From Zootoca vivipara (taxonomy: Eukaryota), in NCBI RefSeq assembly GCF_963506605.1, contig NC_083280.1, forward strand, positions 27,342,001 to 27,406,000: a stretch of 64,000 bases of DNA, in the 5' to 3' direction. The notes beneath the pieces were generated by a model. That model saw nothing but the letters and a program-made list of their open reading frames with translations. It did no database searches and had not been told where the DNA came from. Both the position numbers and the translations under genes were made by a program. Below, piece by piece: positions 1 through 10,934 of the stretch. The stretch's first letter is position 1. Every line of letters starts with the position of its first letter.

Positions 1-1431
1 TGTATTACTAGCAGACCCACAACGGGATGCCTAAGAATAATTTGTCTCATGCTTCCAGATGCTGCAATCTAAACATTATATCGTTGAGCAGAGTGGGGAT
101 AGGGGAACCATAAAGATAATAAACAAGTTGTTTTAACAGACTCCATGCTGAGAATAGTTCCGAGCTGCAGCAAGCATACAATAAGTCTCTAGCTGATCAA
201 TACTCCCCGGTGCCTTGGTGATCTGAAATGGAGAGTAGATTTGTTTGCTTCCCTTTTCTCTGTTCCATGCAAGGTTTTAATCATATTATATTTTCAAAGC
301 CACATGGGGGAACAATGTTTTCTGCCATATGCACGGGTTTTTTTTCTAAAGGTCTTCTCCCGTTTTTGAGTTTCACCCACATGCTTGCTTTCGCTTATAT
401 GTTTTTCTCCCACAATACCAGAATGCTTTGCCAACATTACCAGAGACGATGATCGGAAGATCAGCTAAACAAAGATGTGGTCTCTAGGAAAACAGATGGT
501 TTTCTTCTGCTGTTAGGTGTTGCACTATAGCAAGAGTGGGTGACCCAGTGGTATGAGGGCCTGAAATGCCTCCCCTCACGAGCAAATTCCTCTGGTTACC
601 CCCCAAGACTCCACCAATTTTGGCAGTGGCTGCAAAAGGGGGGAGAGTAAGACACAGTGCTGGTATGGATGGAGAGGAGTGGGTGGGTGAAAGCATTTTG
701 GGTGGGTGTGTATGCAATCGTGTGTTTATGGAAGAGTTACAATTTTTTTAAATATACTGTATTGAATAAAAGCTAAGGGCCAAGCAAGACATGATGCAGG
801 AGGTCTATCGTCTGATCTCTCAACAGATTTCAAAGCAGGCGTGGGACCTGCCTTAATCTGGTCAGCAAAGCAATGCTGGAGAAGTGAGAGCAGGAAGGAG
901 GTTAACTCTCCTTGAAAGAGGATCAAAAACAAGTATAGAACAAATAAAAAGTAGAAAAGAGGCAGATGTGCAAGTGTTTTTTGTCCAAACATGTTTCAAC
1001 AATCTGTTTATCAAGGGATCTACAAAACAATTATACAAACTACAACATGCTGAATTTAAAAAGTACTCTTTTTTATAAAAAGCCAAACCTATTCTGAAAT
1101 TCAACACCCATAGGTTACTATATTATATCTAACAATTCCCGCTATATTAATCAGAAGTGGCTTATCAGGTGGTATAGCTGCTACAGTAGCTTCCTGGCAA
1201 GTGAACAGGAACCCACCTGAAGCTAGTTTATTTTTGCTGCATCCATACCCAGCATGCCACTTCTGATATTCATCAACAATATAAAAAACAGATTTATCCA
1301 GAGAACCCATTGCACGAGCGCAATGCTATGCAAAGAGGGAGTCTTCAGTTCCCTCTGATTCCCTATCAACCAAACCCCACCTACAGTTCCCTGTGCTTCC
1401 TCTCACGACATTCATGGAGGTCCCCTGACTC

Positions 1432-1604
1432 CATAGGAGCCACCTCCTAGGGGCAAAGGTCCCCCACCAATAAAATATTTAAGAGAGCCAGGTCCCCCTA
1501 AAGTTGTTGGGCATTGCCATTCAAATGGTGTTCGTGTGGCATCTTGTGATTGATTGTGGGGCTTACAATCCCCCCCCCATATTTTATTCAAATTGGCACC
1601 CCTC
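1432..1604. mobile_element. non-autonomous hAT-like MITE
   Basis: Ends cataggagcca / tggcacccct; imperfect 8-bp TSD cctgactc/cctgaccc. Confidence 0.55.
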
Positions 1605-2315
1605 CCTGACCCTTAAAAGTAACTTATTGGAGATCTAGGAGCTGTACCTAGAAAGAAGATGTCCCAGTTACACCAGACTAACTCCTATTAGTGATTCTCT
1701 GGGTCCAATCCTGTGTTTTTCACTTGCTTTGGAAGTGGCTTTCTTTCACATATTCTTATTTTGAACATCCTACTTACTTTGTACTTCATTGGCCTATGTC
1801 ATCTGAATTGTCCTGGCTCCACCCACTGAACTGTCATGCTCCACCCCCTTACCTGTGGACAGAAACTGGTCTCTATTTTCATCTGTGAGGTGATGGAGAG
1901 ACTAGGGCTGGGCCATGGCTATTATTTGAATGCATTTCCAGAGAAAAGCTGCCGAGACATTCAACAGGAAAGCAATTATGAGATTTGGTAATCAAAGTAC
2001 TGTTTGTGTCACCCTTTAAAAAAGGAGAGGCTCAAAGCTCATGGAAGCTCAGCAATGAAACAGCAGCAAATAATCATGACAAATGTAAGATTTAATTTGT
2101 TACAGTAATACAACTCATTACTTTCTTCTTGCCTCATACTTCCTTTTCAGTAACGAGAAAGGTGAGCCTGCTCCTGCAAATGGAGTTCTGCTGGCATCAC
2201 TCCTTTTCCCTGACAGCCACACATAAACAGCCACACACATTTGATTCATGAGAAACAAAAATGTAAAAGATAATTGTATCACAATGCATTGCTTAATTTA
2301 CTATCTAGATATTTG

Positions 2316-3125
2316 CGTGTGAAGACCTTTTAACCACACCCCGAAATAAATTCAGACCAGACTCAAATTTTAGGTTTCGTTTTTGGCAGTATTTAGGCCA
2401 CAACTTTATTGATTACAATCAAGTGAGTGGCTGCATAGGCTCTGGTTCGACTAGCTCCCTGCACCCTTGCAGGCAGCGCTGACCCTGGGCACCAACCATA
2501 GGTCAGCCTAGGGTGAACACCTGGGACAGTGGAAAGCAGGAGCCCTGTTAGACCTCCACCCAGATGTCCCCTGGACTCAGGCTCAGGGCACAACCCCTCA
2601 CAGGGAAGACCAACCATGAGTCCATGGATTCCTTCTTAAAGGAATACCCAACGAATAGGGATGGCTAGGCATCCTACCACCCCTATCCACAAGAAACAGA
2701 GCCTATCCACAACCTTACAAGTTGTGACGATTTGCTATGTGGCACGCGAAACCCAAATGGCACCAGCCAATCAGCCAAGTGGGGGAAATTCCTGCCGTGC
2801 CCCTGTCCCAATGACAGATGACACACGACGGCATAGCAAGGTCAAGTGCAAGCCCTAAATATAGGGAGAGGTGGGCAAGTGTTCCAATGCACTGAGCCCA
2901 AAAGGGACACATGCATGGGCTTAAATAGAGGTCCCTCGATCAATTTGACTGGCATCCCATTGGCCCAATTGCACCCAAGATCAAGGGACCTCCAATAGGG
3001 TGTTGTGGCCACCCAAATGTTCCCACCCACAAGACAGGGTCTGGTTGCCAGGTCACATCACAACACGTGCCCTCTTAAGGGAGGACCCGATTTACTTAGT
3101 GGCAGGGAGATAAAATCAGGTCACA
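2316..3125 (-). mobile_element. solo LTR (LTR-A) with structured R region
   Basis: (T>C)GTGTG...TCACA ends; approximate 4-bp TSD tttg/cttg. On the minus strand: CCAAT (~2960), TATTTAAG (~2920-2928), AATAAA (2405-2410). Shares blocks with 15724-16490. Confidence 0.75.
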
Positions 3126-3904
3126 CTTGTTCCTGTCAAGATTCTTTGTTGGTTTTAATGTAGTGTGCATCTTGTCATCATCTGAATGGTTTGATCTGGG
3201 ATTAAGGCCCACTTCATATTTTGTACGGCAATTGTTATCCTTGGCTACATCAATGATGCACTGGTATTTCCTACAGCATGACTTCTCAGTGTTTTTCCAT
3301 TACATGTTTATTGCACAAAACACCAGTGTAACATTGACAGCTCTGCAGCATCCACAATCCTTATGTATGGTGTGAAGCCCTCAGCAGAGGTGGTTTTAGG
3401 GTAGCACAACCGGTTCAGATGCACTAGGTGCTGGGCCACAGGGAGCACCACAACATTGCTGTAGAATAGTGTGCAAGAGGTGGGGAGGGGGTTCCCAATT
3501 TTCTGTCACACAGGGCACCGCTGAAATTTGAGAGCCCAAGTCTGCCCTCAGTGGTTTGAGTTTATCAGTTGCAGCATGCAAAATGAACTGAGCTTTGGAT
3601 AGTAAATGCTTTGTGCTGCTGGGGCTATAATTGCAAGAAGATCAAAATCAGCTTCGTGGGGAAGATAACTTATCTTCTTGTGTGGTAAAGTCTGGGCACA
3701 TCAGCTCAGTAAATTATGCTTACTAGGAATCTGTGCAAAAGGAAGATAGATAAAGCTGTGTTGAGGGAAAGCATGTTAGATATAAGCCAGAAAGTCATTG
3801 TTTCAAATGTCAACTCAGCTACAAACACAATAGGAGGTCTTTCATGAGTCACCATCTCTCAGCCACCAATATGAAAAGAATGATTCCGACCCACCTTGCA
3901 TATT

Positions 3905-3990
3905 TAGGGATTAGAGATATAGGTCAGTGGTAGAACACAAGCTTTGAATGCAGAGCATCCCAGATTCAATCCCTAGCATCTCCAAGCTAG
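3905..3990 (+). mobile_element. tRNA-derived SINE head (Squam3-like), degenerate
   Basis: A-box/B-box-like cagtggtagaacac...cagattcaatccctagcatctcca; similar copies at 17295, 30815 and 58172. Confidence 0.6.
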
Positions 3991-4046
3991 CCTGAGGGTA
4001 GCAGGCTAGCTTGAGGAACACAGGGATGGCTTAACAGCCCACACCC

Positions 4047-4354
4047 CAGGGCCGGCTCGTCGTAGACCCCTGGTGGCGCAGGGCAGCATGGCGCCGGCCG
4101 CCAGGAGGGCGCCGCGAGCTGCGCCCGCCCGCTGGCCGGCCGGCCAGTCCGCTGCGCAGTTGCGCGCAGCGCCCACCTGCCCACCGCGCTGGGAAACGGG
4201 GCGGGAGGGCGCCGGAGAGGTCGCGCTGTGCCTGCCCGCCCGCCCGCCGCGCAGCAGCGCCGCGCCCACCCGCCCACCGCGCCGGGAAACGGGGCGGAAG
4301 GGCGCCAGAGAGATCCGGCGCACCATGGCGACAGGGGCGCTTAAGACGGCGCTG
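4047..4354. mobile_element. GC-rich non-autonomous hAT element (cagggcc family)
   Basis: TIR cagggccg/cggcgctg; perfect 8-bp TSD ccacaccc (4039-4046, 4355-4362); internal imperfect duplication. Confidence 0.9.
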
Positions 4355-5021
4355 CCACACCCCTCTGTCCTCCAACACTTTGCTGCCATTCTGTACACCT
4401 CTCCAGCATCTGAGACAGTCACCTCCATCTGCCTAATGGTAGGTCCAGACCTGCCTGCTTTTCAGAGTACTGGGATAGATGAATAAATGTCTACCTCATG
4501 CCTTAAACAATGGCGGTTTCCCATGTTCACCATTGAATGGTCATTCTTATTGTTTTACAGATATGGAAGCTATATTGAAAGATCTTGTGGCACACACAAG
4601 AGACTGCAGTGCCTCAGTTTCCTTCCTCAGCAGACCATTGTCAAAGTCGGAGAAGAAAATGCAGATTCCTGCACCAAAGAGGCAGATTTATTTCTCTGAT
4701 AATGGGGCAAAGGGTTATATGGGTGATGTGCCTTTCAAAGCTGTTCCTGGACTAAAGCAAATAAAGAAACAGCCAGGGAGATAGACCAGTATGAGCAGGT
4801 GTAGTCACCCAGGCATTAACTTGTGACAACTGTTAAGAGAAGGAAAGGAGGAAATAAAATGGAAAATGGCATTTGTAGCCTTGTTGAGGTCGAGTCTGTG
4901 TAAATATAAATCTTAGCCAGAAGTGCCTAAACAAAAAGAAAGTCATATTTAATACACATGCATGGGGTTGCTAGGTCCAACGTGTTCTCCAGATGTGAAC
5001 CATTTACTGTGACATCAATAA

Positions 5022-5369
5022 AAAGGTAAAGGTAAAGGGACCCCTGGCCATTAGGTCCAGTCGCGAACGACTCTGGGGTTGCAGCGCTCATCTCGCTTTA
5101 TTGGCTGAGGGAGCCGTTGTACAGCTTCCAGGTCATGACTAAGTTGCTTCTGGCGAAACCAGAGTAGTGCACGGAAACACCATTTACCTTCCCGCCGGAG
5201 TGGTACCTATTTATCTACTTGCACTTTTGATGTGCTTTCGAACTGCTAGGTTGGCAGGAGCTAGGACAGAACAATGGGAGCTCACCCCATCATGGGGATT
5301 TGAATTGCCAACCTTCTGATCGGCAAGCCCTGGACTCTGTGGTTTAATCCACAGCGCCACCCACATCCC
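5022..5369 (-). mobile_element. Sauria SINE
   Basis: aaaggtaaaggtaaa tail, ttcgaactgctaggttggcagg core, TSD tgtgacatca(a/g)taa. Confidence 0.93.
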
Positions 5370-5479
5370 TGTGACATCAGTAATTAAATGCTATTGTCAC
5401 TCTTTCAGAAGGGAGATCAGGGAGCAGCTAGCTAGCCTCCAATCCCTCGTAGCTCACACTCGCTTCCAAACTCACTCCT

Positions 5480-5870
5480 AAATTGGGATAGGGGGAGAAA
5501 TTCAATTCCACTTGCATTTAAAGGTGAACTCACTTTTTGAAACAATACACAAACAAAACATGACCATTCTTCAAAATTAATGCTGTCAAGTAATGTGTAC
5601 AAGAATGCATATACTAGGGTAAAGTGTACATGTAAATGCATATGTCAGACCAAGAAGCATTCCATTAGGGTGAAATGTTTTGGAAAGAAATTAGCAAACT
5701 TGCATAAAAATGTGTACATTAGAAGAAATTTGCACTAAAACGCTTATTAATTTTCATGAGGATTTTTTAAGTAAAAATAATAATCATGAACTTATGTGGA
5801 GAACTGAGTTTAAGATTGGAAAATGAGAACTGGAGAGAACCCAAAATAATTAAGAACAATAAATTTAGGT
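5480..5870. mobile_element. old AT-rich non-autonomous DNA element (related copy at 44740-45235)
   Basis: Shared segments (ttttcatgagga, tgtggagaactga..ttaaga.tggaaa) in inverted orientation at 44740-45235. Confidence 0.55.
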
Positions 5871-6243
5871 GTGTTTCTCTGAAGATATAGTCCTAATTTA
5901 TTTATAAAATATGTCTGCAAGCAGTCCTCCACAGAAGTAAGTTCTTTTAGGGGTAGATCAACATTCAGAGAAGGACAGGATCTTGTTGGTACACTCAGCA
6001 ATGAACTGTTAAGCATCTATCTATATGGTGAAATCTCATTCCTCTAAGAATCAGCAGAAAACAGTTTTAAAACAGATGAAAATATCAGTATATGGCTTAA
6101 TGCAGTGGGTAAGTTCCTACAATGACATATTTACCTATCCTTAGTTACAAGAGAAGGGAGGGGTAAATGACCTCAAGTTCTTCTCCCAACACAGGCTCCT
6201 TGCCTCCATCTTAAACTCTGCTAACTACTGTAGAGAGTAGAAG

Positions 6244-6625
6244 AAGAGCGGGTGGCACTGTGGTATAAACCACTGAGCCTCTTGGACTTGCAGATCAGAA
6301 GGTCAGCGGTTCGAATCCCCACGACAGGGTGAGCTCCCGTTGCTCTGTCCCAGCTTCTGCCAACCTAGCAGTTCGAAAGCATTCCAGTGCAAGTAGGTAC
6401 CGCCGTGGCGGGAAGGTAAATGGCATTTCCGTGTGCTCTGACTTCCATCACAGTGTTCTGTTGCACCAGAAGTGGTTTAGTCATGCTGGCCACATGACCC
6501 GGAAAGCTGTCTGTGGACAAAGGCCAGCTCTCTCGGCCTGAAAGTGAGATGAGCGCCGCAACCCCATAGTCGCCTTTGACTGGACTTAATTGTTCAGGGG
6601 TCATTGACCTTACCTACATACCTTA
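6244..6625 (+). mobile_element. Sauria SINE (long subfamily)
   Basis: gtggcactgtgg head, ggttcgaatcccc B-box, accttacc tail, TSD tactgtagag. Confidence 0.93.
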
Positions 6626-6757
6626 CTGTAGAGGGTGTACCCCTCTTGAGATTTCTAGCTTGCAGGACACTGTTTCCTGTACAGAGCAACCTCACCACAG
6701 TATTCCTTTTCTTGTCCTTCCCATAGGGTTTGCATTCAGAGAATTCTGATTCCACGG

Positions 6758-7649
6758 CATGGACGTAGCCAGGATGAAATTCAGGGGGGGCAAGGGGGGC
6801 AAAGGGGCAGGGCCAAGGGGCGGGGGGAGGGGCCACAGTGGGGCAAGGAAAGCTCCCTTCTCCCTTGCCAGCTTTCCCTCCTCCCGCCCCAGCGATCGCG
6901 GAGGGGATCGGAGCAGCCCGATTTCGGGCTGCTCCGACTCCCTCCTCCCCCTCCGCGATCGGCAGGGGCGAGGGGGCACCAGGAACAGCCCGAAATCGGG
7001 CTGCTCCGACTCCCTCCTCCCCCTCCGCGATCGGCAGGGGCGAGGGGGAGCCAGGATCAGCCCGAAATCGGGCTGCTCCGACTCCCTCCTCCCCCTCCGC
7101 GATCGGCAGGGGCGAGGGGGAGCCAGGATCAGCCCGGAATCGGGCTGCTCCGACTACCTCCTCCCCCTCCGCGATCGGCAGGGGCGAGGGGGAGCCAGGA
7201 TCAGCCCGAAATCGGGCTGCTCCGGCTACCTCCTCCCCCTCCGCGATCGGCAGGGGCGAGGGGGAGCCAGGATCAGCCCGAAATCGGGCTGCTCCGTCTA
7301 CCTCCTCCCCCTCCGCGATCGGCAGGGGCGAGGGGGAGCCAGGATCAGCCCGAAATCGGGCTGCTCCGACTACCTCCTCCCCCTCCGCGATCGGCAGGGG
7401 CGAGGGGGAGCCAGGATCAGCCCGGAATCGGGCTGCTCCGATCCCCTCCTCCCCCTCTGCAATCGCCGGGGCAGGTGGAGGGAAAGCCCCAGAGCTGCGC
7501 AAAGCGGTTGCCTGGCTTTCCCTCCACCCGCCCCACAGCCAGCCAGGGAGAAGGGAGAAGGCACCGGGCGGGCAGCGGGGCAGGCTGGCCAGCGCCCCTG
7601 CTTCTAGGGGGGGCAATTGCCCCCTCCTGCCCCCCTGCCTACGCCCATG
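6758..7649. mobile_element. non-autonomous hAT element containing a 72-bp minisatellite
   Basis: TIR catggacgtag/ctacgcccatg; perfect 8-bp TSD ttccacgg (6750-6757, 7650-7657). Confidence 0.92.
6914..7470. repeat. 72-bp GC-rich tandem repeat, ~7.7 copies
   Basis: cagcccg starts at 6914, 6986, 7058, 7130, 7202, 7274, 7346 and 7418; ORF track shows 24-aa periodicity. Confidence 0.95.
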
Positions 7650-8690
7650 TTCCACGGGTTCTCTCCTTTCCACCAGATTTCCTTTATTCCCACTGTATCC
7701 ATGCTCTCCTGTGAAACAAAGTGCTCCAGCTTGCCTATCTTCTTTTAGAAATCTCTTGTTAAAGCCCAATATTTGCTTTTGAGACTTGCCTCAAAGCATA
7801 AGCACCAAGTGGGCCAGAATGCATGAGTGACAAGCCACATTTGGCCTGGTGCGTACAAATTACGGTGTATAAATAAATCTGCTCTTCTCAGCAACTGGAT
7901 GAATTCAAATGAAGGCCAGGTAGTTTTCTGTATTCTAAAGAGTGTCTGGAAGCACTTAATTGGTCTATTAGCTATGAATACAAGGCCAAGCTCTTTTTTT
8001 TCTCCCGGGTTCTCTTCCTTCTGTTTAGCCTGTACTTAATCGTGCTCCCTTCTCTATAAATGTCTGGCTTTTGGAAGCAATGCCATCATATTAATAAATT
8101 TGTTCCGTGTAGTGCACAAAAGAGCAAAAAGGAAAGAAGTCAGAACAGAAACAGAAGCAGAGCTTTCATAACCATCACTCTGCAGTTGTTGTTTTTTAAT
8201 CCATCATGGGCATCACTGTGATTTGTGAGTCACAAATGGCATTCGAAATGGCATAAAATTCTTTTAAAGTGACACCTGACTAAAATCTACAACGTCTCGG
8301 GTAACACAGAGAAAGATGCTTTTTAAAAATTAATTAAAAGGGCTCCGACCACAAGTACCTTAGAGAATAGTTGCAGCTGGGAGTACAGGTGGATCTGTTG
8401 TGAGGACCTTGAGATCTCTGCATGTGGAGACTGAAGAAGGAGAGAAATCCTCAGATTTTTCTCTTTGAGCCAGCTGCCAGGGGAGGGGATCAGAGTGCTG
8501 CATTTCCTCCTAGTTTATCATTGTCCATGGATCATCAGAGGCAAAAGCCTAGTGGGAGATACAGTGCTCTTTCAGATTCACACAAGGCAAACTATGCATG
8601 AAAGGACTACAGTGCAAAGGATTAATATTCTTAAAATGTTTGCATTATTTTGTTGTTTTCTATCCTGTACTCCTTTGGGAGGAAGGAATA

Positions 8691-8872
8691 CTGTATATTC
8701 CTGCATATAAGAGTACTTTTTAACGCAGGAAAATCTTCTCAAAAGTCGGGGGTCATCTTATACGCCGGGTCGTATTTCTTATACGACGAGTATATCCCAA
8801 ACTCTATATTTTAACTGGAAAAGTTGGGGGTCGTCTTTAACGCCCAGTTGTCTTATACGCCAGAATATACGG
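8691..8872. mobile_element. Tc1/mariner (pogo/Tc2-like) MITE
   Basis: TIR ctgtatattcctgcatataaga / tcttatacgccagaatatacgg, flanked by TA. Confidence 0.85.
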
Positions 8873-8898
8873 TAAATAAATATTATCTTTATTATTAT

Positions 8899-9002
8899 CA
8901 GTGCTATTTTTCTAGAAAAAGAGGTGCTGGAACTCACCATGAGCACCTCCCTCACTCTCTTAGAATGGCAATGGCACCCACCTGAGAGGAAAAAAAGCCC
9001 TG
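8899..9002. mobile_element. short hAT MITE
   Basis: cagtgctattttt / aaaaaaagccctg ends; TSD attattat/attcttat. Confidence 0.75.
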
Positions 9003-9384
9003 ATTCTTATTAGTATTACTATTAAACAGTTCCCTTGGTGTCATAGGGCAACAGTCACTGATATCTTTTTTAAAAGGCATTACTAGTTTGTGCGGAAATG
9101 TATCCCCAAAGGGGAAGACGGAATCAATATAAAAATATGCTCCTAGATCCTAGAAAATCCTTCAGCAGTCCTGATGACATAACTCAAAGGATAACATTTG
9201 CATAATTTAATGGATAACACTTGCATAATTTAAAGGGTAACACTTGCAATTATTTCCTTCATTTGCCATAATTTATATTGATTGAATAGGGTTGTTGTTT
9301 TTGATTATCTCAACTGTCACAATCATTCCTGTGGTATTTAATGAAAGGCCTCCCCCTTTCTGTCAGAGCTGCTGAGAGAAAGCC

Positions 9385-10214
9385 ATATATTGGTCAGGCA
9401 TATATGAAGAACTGAAAAAAATGCTCAGATTTACATTTGAGAAAAAGCCAGAGATCTTATTGCTAAGCATGATCCCTGAAGACATACCGGCAGATAGGAA
9501 GAACATACTCCTCTATGCGGGTGCGGCAGCCAGAGCGCTGATCGCGCAAAACTGGAAAAGAGATAAGATCCCATCGATACAGGGTTGGTATATAAAATTA
9601 GCCGAATATATGACTCTAGCAAAGCTAACTGCAATGATCAGAAGGATACCCAAACAAAAAATTAAGGAAGAGTGGAAATATGTGGATGAGTATTTTTATA
9701 AACAAAGAATAAGCACAAAGTTGGTGATATGTTTAGACTAAGAGGCACAAGACGGTAAGAAATAAGGGAATGGAAAGGGGAGAAATATAGTTTAATTAAT
9801 AAAGAGGAGAAGCTTAGTAGAAATAAATTATGAGATGGAACCGATTATAAGTGTTTGGAAGTCGAAATATTATCTTGTCTTTCTTAATCTTTACTCACCT
9901 TTTCCCTTTCTCTCCTTCCCTCCTCCTATCCCACCCTCTCCCTCTCTCCCCCCCCCCCACCATAGACTTACCTTAGACATCTCTTCTTGCTCCCCTTTCT
10001 TTCTATTCTTGTTCTCTTTTCCTGTTCTTCTTATATTCTAGTCTTCTTGTTCCAAGATTGTTGAAGACTATGTTCAGGTTTTGAAACGTTGAGATTCTGA
10101 AGTCTATTTAACATTGCTATAATGTCTGAGTTATTTGTAAAGTTTGTATTTGTCATATTATTTTCCTTTTGTAATTTTAATATGCAATAAAGGTTTTTAT
10201 TTTTCAAAAAAAAA
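9385..10214 (+). mobile_element. 5'-truncated L1-clade LINE (ORF2 C-terminus + 3'UTR + polyA)
   Basis: ORF 9421-9741 has LLYAGAAARALIAQNWK...W.IKLAEY..LAKLT, typical of a reptile/fish L1 ORF2 end; AATAAA then an A-tail at ~10187-10214. Confidence 0.85.
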
Positions 10215-10934
10215 GAAAGAGAAAAGACAGCATCTTAAAAGATAATCTTAACCCTCCCTCCATGTAAGGGAAGGAGACCAGAAATAAATTCCATCCCCAC
10301 CACCATCTGCAGCTCCAAGTGAATGAAGAAATTGACCCTGCTTGGTGCAGCAGCAGGGTGTCGGTGACCTTAATTCAGTACAATGAACCAGGATTTTTGG
10401 AAGGATTTCCCCCTCCCCCAGTCTTGGTCCCCAAAGCCAAAGTGAGACTTGCCTATAATTGAAAAGGAGTGGATTGAGACCGTGGCTGCACACTGACAGA
10501 ACGCAATTCCTGTAATCTTGCGTAATGAATGAGACAATTTGAGCAGAGAGGGTGGGGCTGTGAGAAATCAGCCCCACCCTCTCTGGCCAGGAATCAGGTA
10601 ATGATCTTGAATTCTCCCTGCTACCCGCAGTGATGCTGATCCACCTAGGAAAAGAGAGAGAAGGGGTTGGTCTCATCTTGCAGCCTTGAGCACATCTGAA
10701 GAAAATCAGGCTAGAGTTGAGAAGGTGAAGTTAAAGACTCTTGGGATCCAAACCAATATGACTGGCTCTGTCTGCAAAAGCCATGCTAAAGCAAACTCCA
10801 GATATTCCCACCCAGTTCATCAAGAATCTAGAGATCAGATGGGACTGCAATCAGAACTTTGCCCCCATGGATCCAGGACTGCAGGCCTGAAAATTAAAAC
10901 TTGGTTCAGCTCTTTCCATCCTTGCCAGTGTCTC

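Noticed and set aside
4561-4784. Exon candidate after ttgttttacag (DMEAILKDL.../YGSYIERS...)
   Set aside because: No similarity to NHE9 as I recall it, and no convincing donor.
6914-7470. CRISPR-like array of hairpin repeats
   Set aside because: The units are contiguous and near-identical with no unique spacers; the context is eukaryotic with no cas genes.
6594-7782. Long ORFs (282-391 aa) on both strands
   Set aside because: They come from a stop-free, GC-rich 72-bp (multiple of 3) tandem repeat inside a TSD-bounded MITE.
8338-8365. GAC CAC AAG TAC CTT (DHKYL) resembling the missing SLC9A9 exon end
   Set aside because: An in-frame stop lies just upstream and there is no LFRMWY context, so it is coincidental.
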